Shown: positions 8,640 to 17,456 of the stretch, piece by piece | Numbering within the stretch: the stretch's first letter is position 1 | Layout: every line of letters begins with the position of its first letter | Assembly (NCBI GenBank): GCA_025927685.1 | Contig: JAICKX010000002.1 | Span: forward strand, 3,442-67,441 | Reading direction: 5' to 3' | Length of the DNA stretch: 64,000 nt | Origin: Thermoleophilia bacterium | Lineage (GTDB): Bacteria > Actinomycetota > Thermoleophilia > Gaiellales > JAICJC01 | The notes under the pieces: model-generated | Told to the model about the DNA's origin: nothing | What the model saw: only the letters and a program-made list of their open reading frames with translations | Database searches by the model: none | Program-made: the position numbers and the translations under genes

Positions 8640-9944
8640 TTGGTCGATGTCGTCGTCGTCGGAGGCGGATTCGCGGGGGTCACCGCCGCGCGCGAGACCG
8701 CGCTTCGCGGCGCGCGCACGCTCCTCCTGGAGGCCCGCGACCGCCTGGGCGGGCGCACGTGGACCGCCCCGTGGGAGGGGCTCGACATCGAGCTCGGCGG
8801 GGGGTGGGTGCACTGGCACCAGCCCAACACCTGGACCGAGATCGTGCGCGCCGGCCTCGCGGTCGAGGTCGGCGAGGAGACCGAGGTCGCCGCCTGGTAC
8901 GTCGGCGACGAGCGCCGCACCGGCACCATCGCCGAGCGTGACGCCGTCGCCGAGCGGGGCTGGAACGCGTTCGTCGAGGGCGCGGAGGAGAGCCTGCCCC
9001 TGCCGCACGACCCGCTCGCGCGGATCGACCGCCTGGCCCGGCTCGACCGCATGTCGATCGCCGAGCGGATGGCCGAGCTCGACCTGACGGAGGAGGAGCG
9101 CGACGTGCTGGCTGCGGAGCTCGAGTCGCTGGCGAGCGGCCCGCTCTCGGAGTCCGGCGCCGTGAGCGTGCTGCGCTGGCACGCGCTCTCGGGCTACAGC
9201 CTGGCGCTCACCCAGTACGCCGGCGGGCGGGTGACGCTCGTCGAAGGCACGGGCGCGCTCCTGCGCGCGATCGCGGGCGGCGCGCGGTTCGAGACCCGGC
9301 TCGAGGCCCCGGTCGCCGCGATCTCGCGGTCGGCCACCGGCATCGAGGTGCGCCTGCGCGACGGCGAGGCGGTGGCCGCCCGCGCCGCCATCGTGGCCCT
9401 GCCGCTGAATGCGCTCGCGGCCGTCGAGTTCGACCCGCCGCTCCCGGCGGACAAGCGGGCCGCGATCGCGACCGGCCAGGCCTCGACCGGCATCAAGGTG
9501 TTCATCCGCGCCCGCGGCCCGGCGATCCAGCAGAACGCGATCCGGCCCGGGCACCCGTTCGGCTACCTCGCCACCGAGCACCTGCTGGACGGCGGCGAGC
9601 AGGTGATGATCGGCTTCGGGATCGACGGGGCGGCGTGCGACACATCCGACCTCGCGTCGGTCCAGCGCCGGCTCGACGACATCATCCCCGGCTACGAGGT
9701 CGTCGCCGCGACCGCGAACGACTGGCTCGGCCAGGAGTTCTCACGCGGGACGTGGGCGATCCACCGGCCGGGGTGGTACACGACCCATCACGCGAACGCC
9801 CGCCGCCCCGAGGGGCCGGTGGTCTTCGCAGGCTCCGACATCGCGAACGGCTGGTCGGGGTTCATCGACGGCGCGATCGAGTCCGGGTTCCGGGGAGCGG
9901 CCCTGGCGCTCGACGCGATGACCAGCCACCGGAGGGCTGCATGA
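8640..9944 (+). CDS. Flavin-containing amine oxidase (MAO/putrescine-oxidase family)
   Basis: 434 aa with a TTG start and an SD upstream. VVVVGGGFAGVTAARE and LLEARDRLGGR match the dinucleotide-binding signature of the MAO family. Confidence 0.85.
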   Translation: MVDVVVVGGGFAGVTAARETALRGARTLLLEARDRLGGRTWTAPWEGLDIELGGGWVHWHQPNTWTEIVRAGLAVEVGEETEVAAWYVGDERRTGTIAERDAVAERGWNAFVEGAEESLPLPHDPLARIDRLARLDRMSIAERMAELDLTEEERDVLAAELESLASGPLSESGAVSVLRWHALSGYSLALTQYAGGRVTLVEGTGALLRAIAGGARFETRLEAPVAAISRSATGIEVRLRDGEAVAARAAIVALPLNALAAVEFDPPLPADKRAAIATGQASTGIKVFIRARGPAIQQNAIRPGHPFGYLATEHLLDGGEQVMIGFGIDGAACDTSDLASVQRRLDDIIPGYEVVAATANDWLGQEFSRGTWAIHRPGWYTTHHANARRPEGPVVFAGSDIANGWSGFIDGAIESGFRGAALALDAMTSHRRAA

Positions 9945-11113
9945 CGACGCATCCGACCACCACGACGCTGTACTTCGGCCCCTGGTACCGGCGCTCGCCG
10001 TACTTCGACGGCACCCAGCGCGCCGGGTGCAAGGCCTACGACGTCTACAACAAGATGTACCTGCCGGCCGAGTACGACGACCCCGCCGTGGAGTACCAGG
10101 CGCTCCAGGATGGCGTGACGCTGTGGGACGTCGGCTGCGAGCGGACGGTGCAGATCAGCGGCCCCGACGCCGACCGGCTGGTCGACGCGATCACCTGCCG
10201 CGACCTCACCCGCTGCGCGGTCAAGCAGTGCAAGTACATGCTCGTCACCGCGCCCCACGGCGGCATCGTGAACGACCCGGTGCTGGTGCACCCCGAGGAG
10301 AACGTCTGGTGGATGCAGCTCGCCGACTCCGACGCGGGCCTGTATGCGCTGGGCGCCCTCTCGCAGCTCGACCTCGACGCGGAGGTGTCCTACCCGGACG
10401 TCCATCCCTGTCAGGTGCAGGGCCCGCTCTCGGGCCGCACGCTGGCGAAGCTCGTCGGCGAGCGCATCTTCGACCTCAACTACTACTGGTGCGACCACTT
10501 CCGGGCCGGCGACATCCCGGTCGTCATCACGCGCACCGGCTGGTCGGCCGTGCCCGGGTTCGAGGTGAACCTGCTCGACGGCTCGCGCGGCGACGAGCTC
10601 TGGGACGCGATCATGGCCGCCGGCGAGGAGTTCTCGATCCGCCCGATCGCGCCCAACGAGGCCCGCCGCGTGGAGGCCGGCATCTTCAACTGCGGCTCCG
10701 ACTTCACGCTGGCCGACACGCCGTTCCACATCAGCGGCCTCGAGCGTCTGGTCGAGGAGCAGGCCCAGGACTACGTCGGCAAGGAGGCGCTCGAGCGCCT
10801 GCGCCGCGAGGGCGTCGACCGCAAGCTGGTCGGGATCGAGTTCGACTCGCGCGAGCCCCTCACCGGCATCACGGTGACGTGGCCCGCCCACCACGGCGGG
10901 CGCCAGGTGGGCCGTGTCACCGACGCCGTCTGGTCGCCGGGCCTCGGCCGGAACATCGGCTACGTGTGGGTGCCGATCGACCTCGCGGCGCCGGGCACCC
11001 GGCTCGAGGTCGAATCCGAGCACGGCGACATGCCCGGCGTCACGGCGGAGGTCCCGTTCGTCGATCCGCGGAAGGAGCGGCCGGCGGAGCCGCTGTCGCG
11101 GGTCGCGGGGTAG
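9941..11113 (+). CDS. GcvT-family (aminomethyltransferase / DmdA-like, folate-binding) protein
   Basis: ATG 9941 overlaps the upstream stop (ATGA), with SD GGAGGG at 9931. RRSPYFD..AYDVYNKMYLP..EYQALQDGVTLWDVGCERTVQISGPDA fits the T-protein/DmdA family as I remember it. Confidence 0.8.
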   Translation: MTTHPTTTTLYFGPWYRRSPYFDGTQRAGCKAYDVYNKMYLPAEYDDPAVEYQALQDGVTLWDVGCERTVQISGPDADRLVDAITCRDLTRCAVKQCKYMLVTAPHGGIVNDPVLVHPEENVWWMQLADSDAGLYALGALSQLDLDAEVSYPDVHPCQVQGPLSGRTLAKLVGERIFDLNYYWCDHFRAGDIPVVITRTGWSAVPGFEVNLLDGSRGDELWDAIMAAGEEFSIRPIAPNEARRVEAGIFNCGSDFTLADTPFHISGLERLVEEQAQDYVGKEALERLRREGVDRKLVGIEFDSREPLTGITVTWPAHHGGRQVGRVTDAVWSPGLGRNIGYVWVPIDLAAPGTRLEVESEHGDMPGVTAEVPFVDPRKERPAEPLSRVAG

Positions 11114-12254
11114 CCCTGCGCGCCGGCGCCGCGATGGCGGCGGCGGCCAGCGCCCCGAGGATCGCGAGCAGGACATAGGAGGCCCGGTCGCCGCGCCACT
11201 GCGGGGCGCCCGGGCCCGCGACCGGCCCCAGGAAGGCGCCCACGCCCCAGGTGAGGTTCACGATGCCGATCGCGATCCCGTGGCCCAGCTGGGCCCGGTC
11301 GGCGCCGTCGGCGCTGAGCGGATAGCCGACGGCGTAGAGGATCGACTGCACCGGCCCGACGGCGATCACGACGGCCACGACCAGGGCGGCGCTCAGCGGC
11401 AGCGCGAGCACGCCGCTCAGCACCGCCAGGATGGTGCACGCAGCAGCCGCCAGCGGGACGCGGCCGACGCGGTCGCCGGCCCGGCCGGTCAGGAGGATCG
11501 CGACGGCCCCCAACATGGCGCCGACCGAATAGGCGGCGCCGATGCCCGACCGCGCGATCCCGTCGGCGGACAGGTGCAGCGGCACCAGCACCTGGAGCGC
11601 GCCGCCGATGACGGACACGGCCAGGATCATCACGACGCTCGCCAGGATGAGCGACTCCGAGAACGCCGCGGCGACCGCCGCCCGCACGCTCACGTGGCGG
11701 TCGGGATCGGCCTGGACGTCGGTCTCCACGAGCGCCCATGCCGCCAGGGCCAGCGAGAGCGCGGCGATGGCCGTGAACGTCGTCCGGATCCCGAACGTGC
11801 TGGTGGCGATGCCCCCGACGAACGGGCCCGCGATCACCCCCGTGATCGCGGCCGCGTTCGAGAAGCTGACGGCCTCGCCGCGCCGCTCGGCCGGGGCCCG
11901 GGCCGCCACCCAGGCGACGCCGGCGCCCCACACGGCGGCATCGCCGACGCCCTGCACGGCCCGTGCCGCGAGGAGGAGCCAGAACGAGCCCGCGAAGCCG
12001 AGTCCGAGCGTCGCGGCCGCCATCGCCGCCCCGCCGGCCGCGACCACGCGGCGGGCGCCGATGCGGTCGGCCAGGTGGCCCACCGGGATCGCGACCACCA
12101 CGACGGCGAGGCTGAACGCCGCCACGAGCCATCCGGACTCGACCTTGGTCAGACCCAGCTCGGCGCGGTAGTGCGGGATGAGCGGGACGATCGCCGACCA
12201 CAGGGTCAGATCGACGGCGACGAGCAGCGAGACGAGCGCGATGAGGCGGCGCAC
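11040..12254 (-). CDS. MFS transporter
   Basis: 404 aa with 12 hydrophobic segments and motif A-like GHLADRIGARR. Its 3' end overlaps the convergent GcvT-family gene by 74 nt. Confidence 0.8.
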   Translation of the reverse strand: MRRLIALVSLLVAVDLTLWSAIVPLIPHYRAELGLTKVESGWLVAAFSLAVVVVAIPVGHLADRIGARRVVAAGGAAMAAATLGLGFAGSFWLLLAARAVQGVGDAAVWGAGVAWVAARAPAERRGEAVSFSNAAAITGVIAGPFVGGIATSTFGIRTTFTAIAALSLALAAWALVETDVQADPDRHVSVRAAVAAAFSESLILASVVMILAVSVIGGALQVLVPLHLSADGIARSGIGAAYSVGAMLGAVAILLTGRAGDRVGRVPLAAAACTILAVLSGVLALPLSAALVVAVVIAVGPVQSILYAVGYPLSADGADRAQLGHGIAIGIVNLTWGVGAFLGPVAGPGAPQWRGDRASYVLLAILGALAAAAIAAPARRATPRPATAAPPAAPSADRRTGPPP

Positions 12255-12318
12255 GGCGGCCGATGCTACCTGCCCCCGAGCCGTTTACCGGACAGGCATT
12301 CAGGGCACCTGGTTTCGC

Positions 12319-12474
12319 ATGTGGCTTCTCCTACTTCTCATCCTCGCCGTGCTCCTCTTCGGCGTCTGGGGAGCGGTGAAGGTCGCCTTCTGGGTGCTTC
12401 TGATCGCGCTCGCAGTGGCGGTCGTCGCCGGCTTCCTCGGCCGGGGGCTCTTCACACGGCGGTCGGCGCTGTAG
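12319..12474 (+). CDS. Small hydrophobic protein (51 aa)
   Basis: In-frame ATG within track ORF 12178..12474. MWLLLLLILAVLLFGVWGAVKVAFWVLLIALAVAVVAGFL forms two TM-like segments. No homology was recognised. Confidence 0.35.
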   Translation: MWLLLLLILAVLLFGVWGAVKVAFWVLLIALAVAVVAGFLGRGLFTRRSAL

Positions 12475-12918
12475 CTACGCCGACTCGTGGTCCCGCGACT
12501 GGAGCAGCTCCATGATGCTCCTGCCGCGCGGCGTGAGGCGGACGGTGCGGTCGGTCTCCGACCCGCCGTTCGCCTCGTCCCACTTGTGGCCGTAGCCGAT
12601 GAGGCCCCGGTGGAAGAGCGACTTCACGGTGATCGGGGCACGGGGGAGGCGCTGGGCGAGGTCGCGCATGCTGACGTCGCGGCCCTCGGACAGCCAGTCC
12701 ATCACGGCCCGCTGGTTGCGGCTGAGCCGGGGAAGGTCCTCGATGTGATCCGCCTCCGAGATCGAGCGCAGAGGGGCCGCGACGACGGCGGGCGCGGAGA
12801 GATCGCCGTTGTGACCCCAGTCGGTCACCGATGCCACGTGCCCCCAGGCAGATTCCACGCTCTCGTTGTGCCGCGTCGCCGGCCCGGGCGCAAGTCCCCG
12901 CGAGGTTCCCGAACACAA
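12475..12918 (-). CDS. Winged-helix DNA-binding protein (MarR-like)
   Basis: LSRNQRAVMDWLSEGRDVSMRDLAQRLPRAPITVKSLFHRGLI..RTVRLTPRG looks like HTH plus wing. The start is uncertain. Confidence 0.55.
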   Translation of the reverse strand: MCSGTSRGLAPGPATRHNESVESAWGHVASVTDWGHNGDLSAPAVVAAPLRSISEADHIEDLPRLSRNQRAVMDWLSEGRDVSMRDLAQRLPRAPITVKSLFHRGLIGYGHKWDEANGGSETDRTVRLTPRGRSIMELLQSRDHESA

Positions 12919-13229
12919 CCTTTACGGCGTCCACGAATACTGGCCAGTAAACGCCCCGGCGCGCGCGGGTTTTCGGGATTACCAGGCGATTCGTCGGCGG
13001 CGCGAGGTGAGGATCACGACGGCCTCGGCGAGCCCGGCGACGACCACGATGGCCGCGAGGGTGATGCACACGATGACGGGGTTTCGGAGCATCGCCGGAG
13101 GATCGCGTCCGCGCGCGGCGCCGGCGATGGGGGTGGCCCGCCGAGGCCGGGCGGTTAACCCCACGATCCCGTCCCCTCGGACGTATTGACGCGATTTCCG
13201 AGGGTCGGTACGCTGGTAATGGTTGGGGG

Positions 13230-13946
13230 ATGAGAGGGCGACCGCTATCCAGACGACGGGCTGCGACCGCAGCGTGGCTCGTGCTCGCGCTGCTCGCGGC
13301 GCTGCCTGCGGCTGCGTACGCCGATCCCACCGCGCGCGGCTATGAGCCCAACCCGAACCATCTGAGCGTCGTCGTCACGACCGATCTGGTGTACGTCACC
13401 TGGACCGACCCCACGGACGTGCAGCCGGCGAACGTGTTCGCCTACCGGGGTGACGGCTCGGCCTGCCCGACCGGCGCGTCGGATGGGACGCTGATCGGCA
13501 GCACGTCCGTCACGAACCACATGATCGACGGCACCGTCGCGGCGGGCCGCTCGTACTGCTACACGGTGCTGGTGGCGGACGCATCCGGCACGCTCCACAA
13601 GGTCGGGAGCACCGGCGCGGTGCCGGTGCCGGACCTGAAGGCGCCGCCTCCGGCCGCCGCCCCCAGCTCGGCGCCCGTGCCGCAGCCGGCCGCGGCGAGC
13701 GCGGACGGCCTCGGCACGACCCAGAAGAAGGCGATCGCCGGGTCGGCCGGCGGCCTGCTGGCGCTCGCCCTGGTCGTCGTCATCGTGCGGCTCCTGCGGC
13801 GGCCGCGACCCGCCCAGACCCGGCCGGTGTGGGGCAGCGAGCTTCGGATGTCCTTCACCGGGCTCTCCGTGTCGGCGCTCATCATCCCGGCGGTGATCGC
13901 GCTCGCCTGGGTGCTCGTCGTGACCGCGCTCCTGGTGTTCAGGTAG
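13230..13946 (+). CDS. Secreted, membrane-anchored protein with an FN3/Ig-like beta domain
   Basis: Signal peptide LVLALLAALPAAAYA, a beta-rich domain (LSVVVTTDLVYVTWTDP), a Pro/Ala linker and two C-terminal TM segments. Confidence 0.6.
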   Translation: MRGRPLSRRRAATAAWLVLALLAALPAAAYADPTARGYEPNPNHLSVVVTTDLVYVTWTDPTDVQPANVFAYRGDGSACPTGASDGTLIGSTSVTNHMIDGTVAAGRSYCYTVLVADASGTLHKVGSTGAVPVPDLKAPPPAAAPSSAPVPQPAAASADGLGTTQKKAIAGSAGGLLALALVVVIVRLLRRPRPAQTRPVWGSELRMSFTGLSVSALIIPAVIALAWVLVVTALLVFR

Positions 13947-13977
13947 GCCATTGCAGGATCCCGCCCTGATCCGAGGC

Positions 13978-15165
13978 ATGACCCGGCGCCGGCTGTCACG
14001 GCGCGAGCTGCTCGTGCGCGGCGCCGCGGGCGCGCTTGCGATCTCGCCGCTCGCGGCGGCCTGCGGCGGGAGCTCCTCGACGACTCCCGCGAAGGTGGGC
14101 GACCCGGCCTGGTGGAGGGAGCAGCGGCCGACCGGGGAGCTCGTCTTCGCCAACTGGCCGCTCTACATCGACTACCGCAACTGGCTGAAGGACCGGCCGA
14201 CGCTGAACGACTTCTCCCGCCAGTCCGGCATCATGGTGACGTACGAGGAGGTCATCGAGGACAACGCCGTTTTCGCCGAGAAGCTCGCCCGGACGCTCGG
14301 CTCCGGCCGGGCCTCGGGCTACGACCTCGTCGTCCTGACGAACAGCTGGCAGCTCACCCAGCTCGTCGAGAGGGGCTACCTGGTCCCGCTCGACCACTCC
14401 CAGCTCGGGAACTTCTCCCGCTACGCCAGCCCGCTCGTCCGGAGCCCGGCGTACGACCCCGGCAACAGGTACACGCTGGCGTGGCAGTCCGGCTTCACGG
14501 GCATCGCGTACGACTCGCGCAGGATCCGCCGCAAGATCACGAGCATCCACGACCTGTGGGACCCGGCGTTCACGGGCCGCGTCGGGATGATGACGGACCT
14601 GAACGACCTCGGCAGCGCCGGCCTGCTCTACAACGGCGCCGACGTCACGAACTCCACGGAGGACGACTGGCACCGCGCGGCCGAGGCGCTCCAGAACCAG
14701 AAGGCCCAGGGGATCGTCCGCCACTACTACGACCAGCGCTACATCGACGCGCTCGAGCGGGGCGACATCTGGATCACGCAGGCCTGGTCGGGCGATATCT
14801 TCCAGGCTCGGGCGAGCGGGTATCCCTACCTCGAGTTCGTCGTGCCCGAGGAGGGCGTGATGCACTGGACGGACAACATGATGATCCCGATGCACGCCGC
14901 CAACCCGCAGAGTGCGATCATGTGGATGGACTTCTACTACCAGCCCGCCGTCGCCGCGCGCGTGGCGGACTGGGTGAACTACATCACGCCCGTGCCCGAT
15001 GCCCAGCCCATCATCGCAAACGACCTCGACGACCCGGCGGTCGCCGGCAGCCCGCTCGTCTTCCCGACGTCCGGCATCACCGCTCATGACTACCGTGTGT
15101 TCTCGAGCCAGCAGGAGTCCCACACCTGGAACCGGCTCTTCGGCTCGATCGCCACGAACGCCTGA
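13978..15165 (+). CDS. Polyamine-type (PotD/PotF-like) ABC substrate-binding lipoprotein
   Basis: TAT-like MTRRRLSRRELLV plus lipobox LAAC. NWPLYID, FTGIAYD and WSGDIF are PotD-like segments. An alternative TTG start is at 13951. Confidence 0.8.
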   Translation: MTRRRLSRRELLVRGAAGALAISPLAAACGGSSSTTPAKVGDPAWWREQRPTGELVFANWPLYIDYRNWLKDRPTLNDFSRQSGIMVTYEEVIEDNAVFAEKLARTLGSGRASGYDLVVLTNSWQLTQLVERGYLVPLDHSQLGNFSRYASPLVRSPAYDPGNRYTLAWQSGFTGIAYDSRRIRRKITSIHDLWDPAFTGRVGMMTDLNDLGSAGLLYNGADVTNSTEDDWHRAAEALQNQKAQGIVRHYYDQRYIDALERGDIWITQAWSGDIFQARASGYPYLEFVVPEEGVMHWTDNMMIPMHAANPQSAIMWMDFYYQPAVAARVADWVNYITPVPDAQPIIANDLDDPAVAGSPLVFPTSGITAHDYRVFSSQQESHTWNRLFGSIATNA

Positions 15166-15284
15166 CCGAGGCCCGTCCCATGCGCCGCCGCATCCCGCAA
15201 CCGTCCGATGTACGCCACTCCGGGCGCGACGCTACGCCAAACCGGGGATTGCGGGCGGAGCGGCGGGGCGGGAGGATCGAGCGA

Positions 15285-15587
15285 GTGACGACTGATCGGC
15301 GCTCACGCGGGCTCGCCCGGCAGATCGCCCGCGGCGCGATCGAGGGTGACACGGTCCGCCTGCACGGCGCGATCGTCGCCACGCTCGAGCTGTACACGAT
15401 CGCTGACGCAGCCAGCTACGTGTTCGACACCGCCATCGAGGGGCTGCTCGACCGGCCGGCGCCCAGGCGCGTCGCCGAGGCGGCGATCCGCAGCCACACG
15501 ACGGCCTACCGCCACGAGGGCATCGCGGGCCGTCGGCGCGCGCTGGCCGCCCGGCGGGCCGAGACCGGCGCCAAGTCCTCGAGCTAG
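15285..15587 (+). CDS. Hypothetical helical protein (100 aa)
   Basis: GTG 15285 is preceded by GGGAGGA at 15269-15275. GC3 is high across the ORF. No family was recognised. Confidence 0.5.
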   Translation: MTTDRRSRGLARQIARGAIEGDTVRLHGAIVATLELYTIADAASYVFDTAIEGLLDRPAPRRVAEAAIRSHTTAYRHEGIAGRRRALAARRAETGAKSSS

Positions 15588-15617
15588 TCGCCGACGCGGG
15601 CCGTCAGGGCCACCGCG

Positions 15618-15989
15618 TCAGTACGGCTCGGAGATGAGCGCGTCGAGCGTCGCTGCCAGGTGGCCGGCGAGCTCGTGGCTCGCGCGCTCGGCCTCCCTGC
15701 GCCAGTAGCGCCGCGAGAGCCACCCGTGCGAGGGATCGGCGACCTCGTCGGCAGCCGTGCGGGCGGCCTCGGCCGAGACCATGATCCGCATCACGGCCGG
15801 TGCGGTGCGGTTCGTGTCGAGCACGAGGTGAAACCGGGACACGAGCTCGGCGAAGGCGGCTTCCTCGAGCCCGACATGGGAGCGCATGCCCCCGATGGCG
15901 GCATCGATGACCTCGATGTTGAGATCGGCGTTCTCGTAGGCGTCGCTCGCGGCCAGCGCAAGCGCGACGGACTCGTAGCGGTGACCCAT
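15618..15989 (-). CDS. Hypothetical protein (123 aa), divergent from the ECF sigma gene
   Basis: Balanced residue composition and high GC3. No family was recognised. Confidence 0.55.
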   Translation of the reverse strand: MGHRYESVALALAASDAYENADLNIEVIDAAIGGMRSHVGLEEAAFAELVSRFHLVLDTNRTAPAVMRIMVSAEAARTAADEVADPSHGWLSRRYWRREAERASHELAGHLAATLDALISEPY

Positions 15990-16070
15990 CCGTTCTGTAT
16001 CGGCGAATTCCGGAGCGTCCTTGACGGCTGCTTCGTCGTGCTTGGCAACGAGCGCCTACCATGGACCCCC

Positions 16071-17063
16071 ATGCAGGATTCGACCACCACCGAGCTGACG
16101 GGCTCCTCCGAGGTCGAACGCGAGCTCGAGGCCTACCGCTCCGAGCTCACCGGCTACTGCTACCGCATGCTCGCCTCTCCGTTCGAGGCGGAGGATGCGG
16201 TGCAGGAGACGTTCATCCGCGCCTGGCGGGCGTACGACCGCTTCGAGGGCCGCTCCTCGCTTCGCTCCTGGCTCTACCGGATCGCGACCAACGTGTGCCT
16301 CGACATGCTGGGAAGCCGGGAGCGGCGGGCGCGGCCGATGGACCTGGGCCCGGCCGTCGATCCCGATCCGGCCCATCTGAACGTGCTGTCCGAGGCGACC
16401 TGGGTGCAGCCGGCGCCCGACGGCATGCTCGTCCCGGAGGGCGACCCGGCCGACGTCGCGGTGGCGCGCGAGAGCATCAGGCTTGCGTTCATCGCGGCGC
16501 TTCAGCACCTGCCGGCGCGGCAGCGGGCCTCGCTCATCCTGTGCGACGTCCTGCGCTGGAAGGCGAGCGAGGCCGCCGAGCTGCTCGACACAAGCGTCGC
16601 GTCCGTGAACAGCGCGCTCCAGCGCGCGCGCGCGACGCTGGCGGCGGCGGACGCCGTCCCGGGCGATCCGCGCCCACCGCTGGACGACGCCGACGAGGCG
16701 CTGCTCGACCGGTACGTGCAGGCCTTCGAGCAGTACGACATGGCCGCGCTCACCTCCCTCATCCAGGAGGACGCGACCCAGTCCATGCCGCCGTACGACA
16801 TGTGGCTCGCGGGCCGGGAGCACATCTTCGCGTGGTGGCTGGGGCCGGGGATCGGCTGCAAGGGCTCACGCGTGATCCCGGCGCCGGCGGCGTGCGGGTC
16901 GCCCGCATTCGGCCAGTACAAACCGGATCCCAACGGCGGCTACGAGCCGTGGGCGCTTCAGGTGCTCGAGCTCTCAGGCGGGCGGATCGCCGAGTTCACG
17001 TTCTTCCTCGACACCGAGGCGCTGTTCCCGCTCTTCGGGCTGCCCCCACGGCTCGATCCCTAG
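16071..17063 (+). CDS. ECF sigma-70 factor with fused C-terminal SnoaL/NTF2-like domain (ECF41/SigJ-like)
   Basis: Region 2 is YCYRMLASPFEAEDAVQETFIRAW. Region 4 is LPARQRASLILCDVLRWKASEAAELLDTSVASVNSALQRAR. A C-terminal extension of about 110 aa follows (LLDRYVQAFEQYDMAAL...). Confidence 0.85.
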   Translation: MQDSTTTELTGSSEVERELEAYRSELTGYCYRMLASPFEAEDAVQETFIRAWRAYDRFEGRSSLRSWLYRIATNVCLDMLGSRERRARPMDLGPAVDPDPAHLNVLSEATWVQPAPDGMLVPEGDPADVAVARESIRLAFIAALQHLPARQRASLILCDVLRWKASEAAELLDTSVASVNSALQRARATLAAADAVPGDPRPPLDDADEALLDRYVQAFEQYDMAALTSLIQEDATQSMPPYDMWLAGREHIFAWWLGPGIGCKGSRVIPAPAACGSPAFGQYKPDPNGGYEPWALQVLELSGGRIAEFTFFLDTEALFPLFGLPPRLDP

Positions 17064-17342
17064 GACGCCGGCGACCCCGACGAAGGCGAGCAGGTCGAGC
17101 AGGTCGTCGGCCGCGCCGCGGAGCACGAGCCTGCGGCCCGCGCGCCTGACGGCGAGCTGGATCCGGCAGATCGCGTCGATCGCCGCCGCGTCCGCGGCGA
17201 GCGCGCCGACGTCGCAGACGGCGACGTCCGCGCCGCTCGTCTCGAGCAGCACGGCGACCTGCCCGCAGAGCGCGGGCACGTCGGAACGGGCGACCTGCCC
17301 GGCGACGGCGAAGGCAACTGTGGTCGACCGCGCGGACGGCAT
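16974..17342 (-). CDS. STAS-domain protein (anti-sigma-factor-antagonist-like)
   Basis: This is the C-terminal part of track ORF 16974..17951; only this part looks protein-like (MPSARSTTVAFAVAGQVARSDVPALCGQVAVLLETSGADVAVCDVGAL...LVLRGAADDLLDLL). An alternative ATG is at 17378. It overlaps the sigma gene's 3' end by 90 nt. Confidence 0.6.
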   Translation of the reverse strand: MPSARSTTVAFAVAGQVARSDVPALCGQVAVLLETSGADVAVCDVGALAADAAAIDAICRIQLAVRRAGRRLVLRGAADDLLDLLAFVGVAGVLGIEPWGQPEEREQRLGVEEERELGDPPA

Positions 17343-17371
17343 CTCCAAGCTAGGACGGCGGCGGCGGCCGG

Positions 17372-17398
17372 AACTCATCGCCGGCCGACCGATGAGTT
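17372..17398. promoter_or_regulatory. Inverted repeat AACTCATCG-N9-CGATGAGTT in the divergent STAS/MFS spacer (candidate operator)
   Basis: Perfect 9-bp arms read directly from the sequence, extendable by CCGG..CCGG. No cognate regulator was identified. Confidence 0.3.
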
Positions 17399-17456
17399 TT
17401 CCGGGGCCTCGCCGTCTACCCGTTCGAGACCGACCTCGAAAGGACTGATCCCTCCG

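Noticed and set aside
11040-11113. Convergent 3'-end overlaps (also 5046-5049, 36663-36694, 56848-56851) as a special regulatory feature
   Set aside because: Stop codons are scarce in GC-rich DNA, so tail-to-tail overlaps arise easily. Only the 90-nt sigma/STAS case seemed worth listing as a finding.
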